From the NCBI GenBank assembly GCA_947626115.1, contig CANQQX010000003.1:415-64414 (forward strand): 64,000 nucleotides of DNA, given 5' to 3'. Origin of the DNA: an uncultured Bacilli bacterium (lineage in GTDB: Bacteria > Bacillota_I > Bacilli_A > RF39 > UBA660). The notes below the pieces were generated by a model. That model searched no databases and was not told where the DNA came from. It saw only the letters and a program-made list of their open reading frames with translations. Positions 11,904 through 21,268 of this stretch are shown piece by piece. The position numbers were made by a program, and so were the translations under genes. Numbering within the stretch: position 1 is the first letter of the stretch; every line of letters starts with the position of its first letter.

Positions 11904-12526
11904 TATTTAAGCATCTCCTCAATTTCTTTTAATGCTTCTTCTTCAACAACTAAAGTATCAGCATTAACAATGTCATAACAATTAATTTCATCAGGCATTA
12001 AAACTAGTACATTTCCTAAGTTTCTTGTAGCCATATAGAAATTTTCATTTTCATCTTTAGTTACAAATAATATTTTGCCACTTAATTTTAGTGTTTCTAA
12101 TATTTTAGTTACTTCACTAGTTTTTAAAGTGTTTAATTTAATATTATCAATAACTACTAGAGCTTTTTCTTTTGCTTTATATGTTAAAGCAGTTTTTAAA
12201 GCTAAAACTCTTTCTTTACGATTAATTTTAAATGAGTAATCTCTTGGACCAACACCTAGAGAAATACCACCACCACGCCATTGTGTAGCACGAATACTAC
12301 CTTGACGAGCACGGCCAGTATCTTTTTGTTTCCAAGGTTTTCTACCGCCACCAGATACTTCACTTCTATTTTTTGTTTTTCTTGTTCCTTGACGCATACT
12401 ATCTAGTTGTAAACGAATCATTTTCTTTAGTGCATCATCATTAGTTTCAATATTCCAAATTTTACTTTCAAGGGTTACATCTTTAATAGATTCACCTTTT
12501 ATATTTTTAATACTTATCTTTGTCAT
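11903..12526 (-). CDS. rplD: 50S ribosomal protein L4
   Basis: Translation contains GGGRKPWKQKDTGRARQGS. Confidence 0.96.
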   Translation of the reverse strand: MTKISIKNIKGESIKDVTLESKIWNIETNDDALKKMIRLQLDSMRQGTRKTKNRSEVSGGGRKPWKQKDTGRARQGSIRATQWRGGGISLGVGPRDYSFKINRKERVLALKTALTYKAKEKALVVIDNIKLNTLKTSEVTKILETLKLSGKILFVTKDENENFYMATRNLGNVLVLMPDEINCYDIVNADTLVVEEEALKEIEEMLK

Positions 12527-12545
12527 AATATTTCCTTTCTAAAGC

Positions 12546-13391
12546 TTAATTGCTTTCTTCTGGAGTTTCTTCTTTAGTTTCTTCTTTTTCTTCAAATACT
12601 TCTTCAGTAGGTTCAGCTGTTTCTTCTACTGTTTCAGTATTTTCAGTTGCTTCAGTATTTGCTTCTACTTCTGGAGTTTCAACTACTGGAGTATCTTCCT
12701 TAACATCTTCAACTGCATCTACAACAGTTTCTTCTACATAAGTTAAAATTTCTTTAGGACTTGCCTTTCTTGAATTTTTAACAGCAGTTCTAATATAAAC
12801 TAAAGAATTTTTTGCACCTGGAATATTGCCACTTACTAAGATGTAATTATCTTCGGTATTTGCTTCAATAATCTCAAGATTTTGAATCGTTACCGTTTCA
12901 ACTCCCATATGTCCTGGAAGTTTTTTACCCTTTAATACTCTTTTTGGAAGCATTGTACCTAAAGAACCAGGTCCTCTATGATAATGTGATCCATGTCCCA
13001 TAGGTCCACGAGAACCATTCCATCTTTTGATAACGCCTTGCATTCCTTTACCTTTTGAAGTACCAGTTACATCAACAACTTCTCCTACTTCAAAAATATC
13101 TACCCCTATTTTATCTCCTACATTATAAGCGCCTTCAACATCTCTAATTTCTTTTAAGAAGCGCTTAGGTGTAGTGTTTGCTTTTTTTGCGTGTCCAGCT
13201 TCAGCTTTATTAACACGACTTTGTTTCTTTTCAAATACGCCAAGTTGAATAGCATTATAACCATCTTTTTCAACTGTCTTAACTTGCATTACTACATTTG
13301 GTTCACAAGATACTACTGTAACAGGAATTAATTTTCCATCTTTAGTAAATACTTGAGTCATGCCAACTTTGCGTCCTAAGATTCCTTTCAT
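12546..13391 (-). CDS. rplC: 50S ribosomal protein L3 with a C-terminal acidic low-complexity extension of about 70 aa
   Basis: The L3 core starts [15 protein letters not shown]. The tail is [34 protein letters not shown]...EESN. Confidence 0.95.
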   Translation of the reverse strand: MKGILGRKVGMTQVFTKDGKLIPVTVVSCEPNVVMQVKTVEKDGYNAIQLGVFEKKQSRVNKAEAGHAKKANTTPKRFLKEIRDVEGAYNVGDKIGVDIFEVGEVVDVTGTSKGKGMQGVIKRWNGSRGPMGHGSHYHRGPGSLGTMLPKRVLKGKKLPGHMGVETVTIQNLEIIEANTEDNYILVSGNIPGAKNSLVYIRTAVKNSRKASPKEILTYVEETVVDAVEDVKEDTPVVETPEVEANTEATENTETVEETAEPTEEVFEEKEETKEETPEESN

Positions 13392-13412
13392 AACTTTACT
13401 TTCCTTCCTTTA

Positions 13413-13721
13413 TTATAATTTTATATCGATGTCAACGCCACTTGGTAAATCTAAATGAGTTAAACCATCAATTGTTTCCTTACTAGGATTTTTAATATCA
13501 ATAAGTCTCTTATGAGTTCTTCTTTCAAATTGTTCACGAGAGTCCTTATTATTGTGGACAGCTCTAAGTACTGTAAACTTCTCAATTTCAGTTGGAAGTG
13601 GTACAGGACCAGATACTTCACCACCAGTTCTTTTCACAGTTTCCACAATTTTAGCAGCTGCAAGATCAAGTACACGATGATCATAAGCCTTCAAATTGAT
13701 TCTAACTTTGTTATTTGACAT
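13413..13721 (-). CDS. rpsJ: 30S ribosomal protein S10
   Basis: Translation contains [13 protein letters not shown]. It is the first gene of the S10 operon. Confidence 0.97.
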   Translation of the reverse strand: MSNNKVRINLKAYDHRVLDLAAAKIVETVKRTGGEVSGPVPLPTEIEKFTVLRAVHNNKDSREQFERRTHKRLIDIKNPSKETIDGLTHLDLPSGVDIDIKL

Positions 13722-13885
13722 TCTACCATGTCCTCCTTTCGTCTATATCTAGTATAGACTTGCTCCACCCGAATTCCCCAAAACCTATAAAAAGTTTTAA
13801 CAACTCTTCCTAGTGTATCAGCAACCTCGCGCATCATCGCAGTCATACGATTAACATTATAACACAATAATTATATGAAATGCAA
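13722..13885 (-). promoter_or_regulatory. S10-operon promoter plus a locally GC-enriched 5' leader of about 130 nt
   Basis: On the minus strand: TTGCAT (13885-13880), an 18-nt spacer ending in TGT, then TATAAT (13861-13856). The leader (...gactgcgatgatgcgcgaggttgctg...ggggaattcgggtggagc...) is far more GC-rich than its surroundings. Confidence 0.45.
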
Positions 13886-13951
13886 CCATAAATTTGACAA
13901 ATTTTTGCATAGAAAAAATCTTAAACTTTTGTCAAGTTTAGGATTAAATTA

Positions 13952-15322
13952 TTAAACATTAATTAAGTATGGATTATCTATTGTACCTTTGCCAGAGATT
14001 TTTATATTTGATAACAAATAAAATGTAGGTCGTACAAATACTTCAGCATATAAACGATCTTTTCCCGAAACACTGCCATCCCAAGAAATATAATAACCAG
14101 TGTAATAAGATGGATAATCACCAGCTAAACTATATCCATTTCTAGTCATCGACCATTCAGGAATAAATGAATTACCAACATTATTAAAATAATGTAGCCA
14201 ACTATTCGTATCATAGTTGCTATAATAATTTTTTGTATTATCATAAGCAAGGTAATAATCATACAAGTACATTAAACCTATTTTAGCATTAACTATTTTA
14301 TTTTCACTCCATTGATATTTTACATATTTTCCTTGTAAATAATCATATATTTGAGTTGGAATTTTCCCGGTTTCTATATTATATAATGTCAAGCCATCAT
14401 TTTGCGCTCCATATACCACATCTTCATTTAGTATTGTATTCGCTGTTGTATAATCTACATCACCATACATCCATTCATGATTTTCTATTAAATTATACCA
14501 TTCACTTTCTTCAGTCATATATTGGTACTCGTTACTATTAACAAATATATCAGTGTCGCCATTATTTTGGACGTTTCCACTACCACTAGTAATTCCCCCA
14601 CTTAATCCATTAATTCTTTTAAATAGAATTGTATTAGGCCATTCACATTTATCATTTTCACATGAAATATAATCAGAAATTTTGCTCCAAACAAACAATT
14701 TATTGCCATTATCAATTAACTCACTTTTTTTAATTAGTTTTAAATTTCCTAACTCTGTTATGCCAATTATTCTATACATATATTTGTCTTTGCCATTTAA
14801 ACATTCATCCATAATGTGTGTTCCAAAACAAATATAATTATTATCTACTAGTTTATGTGTATCATCTATTGCTTCTTCTTTTCCTACTCCTTGATATCTG
14901 TACATGCCGCCAACTTCTTCGTTACTCAGAACTTTATTTGGATCATTATCTCTCAATATCCCCAATGTTGATTTATCAAAATATAATGTACAATACACCG
15001 TATGATTGGTAGTTAAGGTTGCTTTTCTTGTTTCATCATCAAATGTTATAGCATTTTTTACTAATGAACCATTATTATTAATACATTTTGCCTCTTTAAA
15101 TTTATATTTATCATTTGGCCATTCATTTCCCACGTATTCTTCATAACCATCACCATTTTTATTTAAAATCATTATGGCAAATGATTTACTATTCTTTATT
15201 TCTTTTAATTTTACTTCAGGGAAATTTTTTTTATCATTTTTACAAAATAATAAATATTGTAATGAACATAGTGATATTAAAATAACAAACAAAAGCAAAA
15301 CACATTTTATTTTCTTATTCAT
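13952..15322 (-). CDS. membrane-anchored or secreted protein of unknown function, sharing a C-terminal domain with the 736-aa protein at 29588-31798
   Basis: Hydrophobic N-terminus MNKKIKCVLLLFVILISLCSL. The ATG at 15322 is preferred over the GTG at 15352. The C-terminus ...VFVRPTFYLLSNIKISGKGTIDNPYLI resembles ...FGVRPVVVLKKDVKFSGEGTQTNPFVL in the 736-aa protein. Confidence 0.75.
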   Translation of the reverse strand: MNKKIKCVLLLFVILISLCSLQYLLFCKNDKKNFPEVKLKEIKNSKSFAIMILNKNGDGYEEYVGNEWPNDKYKFKEAKCINNNGSLVKNAITFDDETRKATLTTNHTVYCTLYFDKSTLGILRDNDPNKVLSNEEVGGMYRYQGVGKEEAIDDTHKLVDNNYICFGTHIMDECLNGKDKYMYRIIGITELGNLKLIKKSELIDNGNKLFVWSKISDYISCENDKCEWPNTILFKRINGLSGGITSGSGNVQNNGDTDIFVNSNEYQYMTEESEWYNLIENHEWMYGDVDYTTANTILNEDVVYGAQNDGLTLYNIETGKIPTQIYDYLQGKYVKYQWSENKIVNAKIGLMYLYDYYLAYDNTKNYYSNYDTNSWLHYFNNVGNSFIPEWSMTRNGYSLAGDYPSYYTGYYISWDGSVSGKDRLYAEVFVRPTFYLLSNIKISGKGTIDNPYLINV

Positions 15323-15362
15323 ATTATAACCAAATCCTATTTTTATAATCACAAAACATATA

Positions 15363-15412
15363 TTGTATTATATCCAAATTATACAAAACTTATTTTGTAT
15401 AGTCAATACAAA
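15363..15412. promoter_or_regulatory. two palindromic operator-like sites in the divergent promoter region
   Basis: TTGTAT-N12-ATACAA (15363-15386) and TTTGTAT-agtca-ATACAAA (15394-15412) lie between the 466-aa gene and the XRE gene. Confidence 0.4.
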
Positions 15413-15451
15413 TGATGTATTGTATGAAAAAATTTAATTGGGTGTTTTATT

Positions 15452-15679
15452 ATGAATATAAATAGATTAAAGGAAATAAGAGAAGATAAAGATTTATTAC
15501 AAAAAGATGTAGCAAATGTACTACATATTAAACAACAACAATATTCAGAATATGAAATTGGTAAAAGATTAATACCTATTAATTATTTGAGTGAACTAGC
15601 TGATTATTATCAAGTATCTATTGATTACTTACTCAATAAAACTGATGAAAGAAAACCATATCCAAAAAGTAAAATATAA
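15452..15679 (+). CDS. XRE-family helix-turn-helix transcriptional regulator
   Basis: 75 aa with LKEIREDKDLLQKDVANVLHIKQQQYSEYEIGKR...LSELADYYQVSIDYLL, a typical Cro/C1 HTH. Confidence 0.85.
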   Translation: MNINRLKEIREDKDLLQKDVANVLHIKQQQYSEYEIGKRLIPINYLSELADYYQVSIDYLLNKTDERKPYPKSKI

Positions 15680-15710
15680 AAAGTGTGATAATTCTAATTT
15701 ACCACACTTT
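15680..15710. terminator. hairpin between convergent genes, a likely bidirectional terminator
   Basis: AAAGTGTG (15680-15687), a 15-nt loop, then CACACTTT (15703-15710), flanked by A and T runs. Confidence 0.5.
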
Positions 15711-15722
15711 ATTATTAAATTA

Positions 15723-17207
15723 TTACATTGTCATTAAACTTTGCATTAATGACATTAAAGTACTGTTATTATATAAGTTTTGCATTATTGTATTGTAATC
15801 AACATCAGTCATTTTATCTAACTCAACATAATTACTAACATTCTTAGAAGTAACTTTACTTATATCCTTTATAGTATAATCAACATTTAATGTTAATTTA
15901 TTGTTATTATCATCACTTAAAGTTATTCCCACTTTACCACTTTCTTCTTGTCTTTCTAAATTAAGTTTAAAATATGTACCATATGCTTCAAAATTTAAAT
16001 TAGTTATTTGTGCATTATTTTCATTTTTTAATTCAAGTGTAATATCTACTCCCGTATCTTTTAGAGATATTGTTGTATTATTTTCTTTTAATATAGCATT
16101 ACCTATAATCATTTTATTATCATTACTATTAAGAACTATATCAAAGGTATCTTCTCCAGTTTTATCAAATTCTAATGCACTATCATCTACTTTTAAAACA
16201 ATTTTTTCTAATTTTTTAGTAGTTTTATTAACATATATTTCACTTATAAATGTACCTTCAGTTTCATTAATATTTTCTTTAGTACTTTCTAATATTTCTT
16301 TAACATCACTACCTACCAGATTATTTAAAGCATTAATTAAGTTTTGATCATTTAACATATAATTTAAAACATCTAATTCTAAATTATATATATCTTTACC
16401 AGTTAATGTTAAAACAAATACTCTAGTATTAACATTATTGATTCTTACATCTTTAGTTGTAAAATAATCTTCTTTTAAAGATGTTTTTAATATACCAGCC
16501 ATTTCTTTAACAATTGTTTTATAACCTTCAAAATCATAAGCTTGCCAAATATTATCTAGTCCTGAATCTGCTGGCATTTTAATAGATTTATTATATAAAC
16601 TATTTAAATTAAGAAAAGCATCTCCATTATTTAATACTAAATCTGCTTTAATTAAACTACCATTATTATATTTAATATCATAAGTCATATTACTTACTTT
16701 ATTATTATAATCCATTTCCATATCCATATTGATATTCATTTTATTAATTAGACTTGCTATTGATCTCATACTACTATCACTAGTAGTCATATTAGCACTA
16801 ATATTAGCATCTAAACCTATTGGTTTATTCAACTCTTCTTCTATGTTATTAATATTAGTAATTGCATTACTAGCTAAATTATCAATTGCTTGATAGTAAA
16901 CATTTTGAGTATTATTACCGTTTAAGAACCAAAGAACACCAAGAACTATTCCCACTACAATTAATATACCTAATATTACTAAAGTAACAGTTAGTCCTGT
17001 TTTTTTCTTTTTACCATCAATTACTGGTGTAACGCCAACATCACTAGTACTTTCTGCAGATGGCATTGGTTGTTCTGGTATAGTTGGTTGTACATTTTCA
17101 ACCGGTACATTTGGTTGAACATTATTTTCAACTGGTGTAACATTTTCTTGACTAATTGGTTCATTTCCTAAACCATTTTGAACATTATTATTTTGTTCAT
17201 TATTCAT
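15723..17207 (-). CDS. single-pass membrane protein with an N/Q/P-rich cytoplasmic head and a large extracytoplasmic domain; function unknown
   Basis: 494 aa. The N-terminal region is repetitive (VENNVQPNVPVENVQPT). The transmembrane segment is LTVTLVILGILIVVGIVLGVLWFL. I recognise no catalytic motif. Confidence 0.7.
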   Translation of the reverse strand: MNNEQNNNVQNGLGNEPISQENVTPVENNVQPNVPVENVQPTIPEQPMPSAESTSDVGVTPVIDGKKKKTGLTVTLVILGILIVVGIVLGVLWFLNGNNTQNVYYQAIDNLASNAITNINNIEEELNKPIGLDANISANMTTSDSSMRSIASLINKMNINMDMEMDYNNKVSNMTYDIKYNNGSLIKADLVLNNGDAFLNLNSLYNKSIKMPADSGLDNIWQAYDFEGYKTIVKEMAGILKTSLKEDYFTTKDVRINNVNTRVFVLTLTGKDIYNLELDVLNYMLNDQNLINALNNLVGSDVKEILESTKENINETEGTFISEIYVNKTTKKLEKIVLKVDDSALEFDKTGEDTFDIVLNSNDNKMIIGNAILKENNTTISLKDTGVDITLELKNENNAQITNLNFEAYGTYFKLNLERQEESGKVGITLSDDNNNKLTLNVDYTIKDISKVTSKNVSNYVELDKMTDVDYNTIMQNLYNNSTLMSLMQSLMTM

Positions 17208-17267
17208 AACTCACACTTCCTACTCCTATTTTAAATATATTATAAAACTTTTATTTTTACAAGTAAA

Positions 17268-18761
17268 TTATTTTAATAAAATCTCGGTTTCTTTCATTTC
17301 TTCTGGTACTGCTATATCCATATATTCTAGTATTGTTGGGGCTACCATCGTAAGACTACCAGTTTCTTGCAATTTAACATTTTTGTCTCTTATAATAAAT
17401 GGTACTTTACTAAGTGTATGGGTAGTAACTTTATTACCATTATCATCTATCATAATATCAGCATTACCATGATCAGCTAAAACAATAACTTTATAAAAAT
17501 TATCATCAGCTTTTTCTATTATTTTATCTAAACATAAATCTACAGCCATACAAGCTTTAACTGTGGCATCAAAATCACCAGTATGACCAACCATATCTGG
17601 ATTAGCAAAGTTTACTAAAATAAAATCATAATCTTGTTCCATACATTCAATACATTTTTTTGTAACACCTACAGCACTCATTTCTGGTTTTAAATTGTAA
17701 GTAGCTACTTGTGGTGATGGTATTAAAAATTCACTACATTTACTAATCTTCCCACTATACCCACCATCAAAGAAATATGTAACATGGGGAAATTTTTCGG
17801 TTTCAGCAATTCTTGCTTGCGTTAAGCCTAATTTTTCAAAATATAACCCTAATGGATTGTTAATAACTGGCTCCTCGATAAAATTATTAGTAGGTATATC
17901 TTTATCTATAGGTAAAAATGAATATACTTCTAAATTATCCATTTTGTAAGTATGAAATTCATTAAAATTTGGATCCACAAAAGTTCTTAATATTTGTTTA
18001 GCACGATCTGCCCGATAATTCATCCAAATTAAGACATCACCATTTTTTATTAAAGAATTAGTATCAACTACAATGGGATTTAAAAATTCATCTGTAATAC
18101 CCTTTTCATACATAGCATTAATTATTTTTTTAATATCACTATAATTATTACCAACACCCCTAGTAACTAGTTCATAATATTTTCTAGTTCTATCATAATG
18201 TTTATCTCTATCCATTGCATAGTATCTACCACATATTGTTGCAATATTACCAACTTTGCTATGTTTAATAACATCTTCAATTTGTTTTATATAAGTATAA
18301 GCAGAATGTACACCAGTATCTCTACCATCAGTAATTAAATGATAATGTATTTTGGTAAACCCATTTTTAACAAGAATATCATGCATCTTTAAAAAGTCAT
18401 CTACTCCTGCATGAACATTACCATCACTACATAAGCCCATAATATGGATATCTTTATCTTTATTTAATAATAATTTATTAAAAGTTTCGTTTTCAAGTAC
18501 ATTACTAGCTAAAAAATCATCAACTAAAGTTTCATTTTGTTTAATTAAACGACCAGCACCAATAGTAGTGTGCCCTGTTTCACTATTACCAAATTGTCCT
18601 TCATGAAGACCTACTGCTTCTTCTGATGCTGATAATACTGAATGGGGATATTCATTCCATAATTTATTAAAACACAGCATATTTGCCGATTTAATAGCAT
18701 TACCACGTTCTTCTTCTCTTAAACCAAATCCATCTAAAATTATTGTTAATACCTTTTTCAT
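17268..18761 (-). CDS. gpmI: 2,3-bisphosphoglycerate-independent phosphoglycerate mutase
   Basis: 497 aa with LTIILDGFG...GNSETGHTTIGAGR...ADHGNA. Confidence 0.95.
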   Translation of the reverse strand: MKKVLTIILDGFGLREEERGNAIKSANMLCFNKLWNEYPHSVLSASEEAVGLHEGQFGNSETGHTTIGAGRLIKQNETLVDDFLASNVLENETFNKLLLNKDKDIHIMGLCSDGNVHAGVDDFLKMHDILVKNGFTKIHYHLITDGRDTGVHSAYTYIKQIEDVIKHSKVGNIATICGRYYAMDRDKHYDRTRKYYELVTRGVGNNYSDIKKIINAMYEKGITDEFLNPIVVDTNSLIKNGDVLIWMNYRADRAKQILRTFVDPNFNEFHTYKMDNLEVYSFLPIDKDIPTNNFIEEPVINNPLGLYFEKLGLTQARIAETEKFPHVTYFFDGGYSGKISKCSEFLIPSPQVATYNLKPEMSAVGVTKKCIECMEQDYDFILVNFANPDMVGHTGDFDATVKACMAVDLCLDKIIEKADDNFYKVIVLADHGNADIMIDDNGNKVTTHTLSKVPFIIRDKNVKLQETGSLTMVAPTILEYMDIAVPEEMKETEILLK

Positions 18762-18850
18762 TTTATAGTATCACCTTGCTAGTAATATAACACAATCAAA
18801 GAAAAATTACAATTTACACCAAAATAAAAGAAGCTGTTATTCTTCCTTTA

Positions 18851-19618
18851 TTAACTATATACTAAATTATTTTCTACTTTTAATTTATCTGCTAAAGTTG
18901 TTATATATTCTGCATTAGTTGGTTTATCTCTATTAATGTCTAAACTATTACCAAAGACACTTTCCATTAAATTAATATCGCCCCTACTCCAACTTATTTC
19001 AATAGCATGTCTAATTGCTCTTTCTACTCTAGTTGGAGTTGTATCATATTTCTTTGCTATTTCTGGATAAACATCTTTAGTAATATAAGTTACATTGTTT
19101 CTATTACGATAAACTATTTCAATACCATCTTTAATATATTGATAACCCCTTACATGAGATGGAATACCTAAATTATGTAATAAGTTAGTAATAACTGCTT
19201 CTTGATTGAATAATTTACCATTTTTATTAGTATTAGTATTCATACTCATAGAAAGTATTCTTTTTTCTAAACTAATGTAGTTAACTGGTTTTAACATATA
19301 ATAATTAATTCCATAACTATTGGCTTCTTCTAATATACTTTCATCTTTAAAATTAGTAGTTACGATAATATTCTTAAAGATCTTTCTTTTGTCAAGTTCA
19401 CTAAGAATATACAAACCATCTAATTTTGGAAGAATTAAATCCATTACTATAACATCAATATCTTGGGTGTTATTAATAATGTATCTAAGGCCTTCTTCCC
19501 CATCATTAATACATGCTACTACTTTAATTACTTCATGACTGCCAAAATACTTCTCAATATCTTTAGTCATCGATTTATTACTATCAATGACTAAAACATT
19601 AATACTATTTTTCATCAT
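18851..19618 (-). CDS. spo0A: sporulation master response regulator Spo0A
   Basis: Receiver domain (VLVIDSN...VIVMDLILPKLDG) plus the Spo0A-specific C-terminal domain (GIPSHVRGYQYIKDGIEIV...TPTRVERAIRHAIEISWSRG). The ATG ATG at 19618/19615 follows GGAGAAAG. Confidence 0.93.
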   Translation of the reverse strand: MMKNSINVLVIDSNKSMTKDIEKYFGSHEVIKVVACINDGEEGLRYIINNTQDIDVIVMDLILPKLDGLYILSELDKRKIFKNIIVTTNFKDESILEEANSYGINYYMLKPVNYISLEKRILSMSMNTNTNKNGKLFNQEAVITNLLHNLGIPSHVRGYQYIKDGIEIVYRNRNNVTYITKDVYPEIAKKYDTTPTRVERAIRHAIEISWSRGDINLMESVFGNSLDINRDKPTNAEYITTLADKLKVENNLVYS

Positions 19619-19733
19619 CTTTCTCCTTTTTCTAAAAATAATATTTTGTACTGCATGTAAATCCATTATAAAAGATTATTTGACAAAAAGCCATAGGAAG
19701 TTTTGACAAGTTTTGTCAATTCGTGTAAAGTTA

Positions 19734-19750
19734 TGTCGAAATATGACGAA
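19734..19750 (+). promoter_or_regulatory. two tandem 0A-box-like heptamers upstream of spo0A
   Basis: TGTCGAA (19734-19740) and TGACGAA (19744-19750) have starts 10 bp apart. Both match the 0A-box consensus TGNCGAA. Confidence 0.5.
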
Positions 19751-19756
19751 AATATT

Positions 19757-19788
19757 AAAAAAACAGATAAATTTTTATTTTTATCTGT
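19757..19788 (-). terminator. rho-independent terminator after the 86-aa ORF
   Basis: Stem ACAGATAAA/TTTATCTGT (19763-19771 and 19780-19788), followed on the minus strand by a run of seven U. Confidence 0.6.
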
Positions 19789-19818
19789 CATATTTTGTTT
19801 GATAATTTTATAATTTTA

Positions 19819-20079
19819 TTAACGGCCTTTTATTTGTGGTTCTTGTTCAAGATATCCCTTACTTGTTAAAATATTTTTAATGTAATCTAAATTAGCATAC
19901 TTAATATAATATTTTTCGGTTTTACTTGGATTTTTTGATATTAACATGATAAATGTTTTATATTGTTGAGCCAATATATCTAATAATGATGAATAATTGG
20001 GATCACTTTCATCTATTATCATTATTTTTTTACTTATATTTTCCATTGAAATATCCAATTTCTCTAATTCTTCTTTCAT
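19819..20079 (-). CDS. hypothetical small protein
   Basis: 86-aa ORF with no recognisable motif, downstream of the two paralogs. Confidence 0.5.
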   Translation of the reverse strand: MKEELEKLDISMENISKKIMIIDESDPNYSSLLDILAQQYKTFIMLISKNPSKTEKYYIKYANLDYIKNILTSKGYLEQEPQIKGR

Positions 20080-20139
20080 TAATTACCTCCTAATTAATAA
20101 TAATATAATTTTTACTTATATGTCAAATTATAGAATAGA

Positions 20140-20664
20140 TTATTTACATTTTTGTGAAGTTTTAGTTATAACTTCTAATCTTTGCAATTCCATATAATAA
20201 GCATTTCTTATATCTTGTAAAGAGCAATCTATTATTAAACTAGTTCCTCTTTCACCACTCAAAATTCTGCCTATATTATAATCTACTAAAAATGTATTTA
20301 TATAGTCAATAACTCTTCTTGCTTCTTCAAATGATAATAAAATTGGTAAATCAAATGTGTTACTTTTATTGACAAATTCTTCAAATGTAAGATATGAATT
20401 ATTTTGATAAATACCTGCTTGAATATCATATATATACTCTAGTTCTAAAGGATTATCTTTATTTGTTTTCAAATGTGCTGCTATTAACTTAGGAAATACA
20501 TCTTTAATAAATTTAATAAATGCAATAGAAACAGTTTCATCACTATAACTATTTTCAAAATCTAATTCTGCAGCAAGATAAGAAGTAGTATTTTTTATAA
20601 CATCATCATTAATTGCTAGTATATCTTCCCCATTATTTTCATAAAAATTTACAACTTTTTCCAT
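20140..20664 (-). CDS. unknown cytoplasmic protein, member 1 of the YY-x-ELQR family
   Basis: 174 aa with FIKFIKDVFPKLIAAHL...IRNAYYMELQRLEVITKTSQK. It is a paralog of 20710-21222, 38342-38941 and 59097-59843. Confidence 0.7.
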   Translation of the reverse strand: MEKVVNFYENNGEDILAINDDVIKNTTSYLAAELDFENSYSDETVSIAFIKFIKDVFPKLIAAHLKTNKDNPLELEYIYDIQAGIYQNNSYLTFEEFVNKSNTFDLPILLSFEEARRVIDYINTFLVDYNIGRILSGERGTSLIIDCSLQDIRNAYYMELQRLEVITKTSQKCK

Positions 20665-20709
20665 AACCCACCTCAGTAAAATTTATTCTAATATTATTTC
20701 ATATCAATG

Positions 20710-21222
20710 TCAACGAAAAGATTTTTGAGAAGCATTGGTTAGAACTTCTAATCTTTGTAATTCCATATAATAAGTATCTATAGCATAATCGATATTAGTA
20801 TTAAAATTGATACTAAAGCCAAATTTATTACTTGATATATTACCTAAACCATAATCTTCAATAAATGATTTTAAATAATATATTAATTCTAAATACTCTT
20901 CTTCATTAGTAACTACTTCATTTAAAAATAGTTTAGCAAATGGTGTCTCTGGCATAGCAAAGATAATAACACCCATTTGATTCATAATAGCATATTCTAA
21001 ATTAAAACTATTACCTTTATTTTTAGAACTTGCTATATTAATCATTCGTGGATATATTTCATTAATAAAATAATTATATAATTCTACTCCCTTATCTACT
21101 GAATTTTCTTTGCTATTTTGAACTATTTTTCTTATTTCCGGATAAGTATAATTAGTTACTATTTGATCTTTATTATCTAATTCTTCTTCAAAATATTTTT
21201 TTAACTCTTCGCTATACTGCAT
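20710..21222 (-). CDS. unknown cytoplasmic protein, member 2 of the YY-x-ELQR family
   Basis: 170 aa with YNYFINEIYPRMINIA...AIDTYYMELQRLEVLTNASQK. It is a tandem duplicate of the gene downstream. Confidence 0.7.
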   Translation of the reverse strand: MQYSEELKKYFEEELDNKDQIVTNYTYPEIRKIVQNSKENSVDKGVELYNYFINEIYPRMINIASSKNKGNSFNLEYAIMNQMGVIIFAMPETPFAKLFLNEVVTNEEEYLELIYYLKSFIEDYGLGNISSNKFGFSINFNTNIDYAIDTYYMELQRLEVLTNASQKSFR

Positions 21223-21268
21223 TTTACTACCTTCTTTAACTCACTAAATTTATTATATATTATAAATA

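Noticed and set aside
2092-12741. Plus-strand ORFs inside the ribosomal protein genes (for example 2092-2316, 4862-5182, 5380-5595, 5632-5874, 6064-6285, 8852-9094, 9842-10066, 11608-11895, 12550-12741).
   Set aside because: They lie antisense to highly conserved genes. Their products are low-complexity, Ser/Leu/Phe-rich translations typical of the reverse frames of AT-rich coding DNA, and they have no RBS.
13722-13950. The GC-rich patch upstream of rpsJ as a possible tRNA or other small RNA gene.
   Set aside because: I could not build a cloverleaf and found no T-loop GTTCRA motif. Its position between a promoter and the rpsJ RBS fits a 5' leader better.
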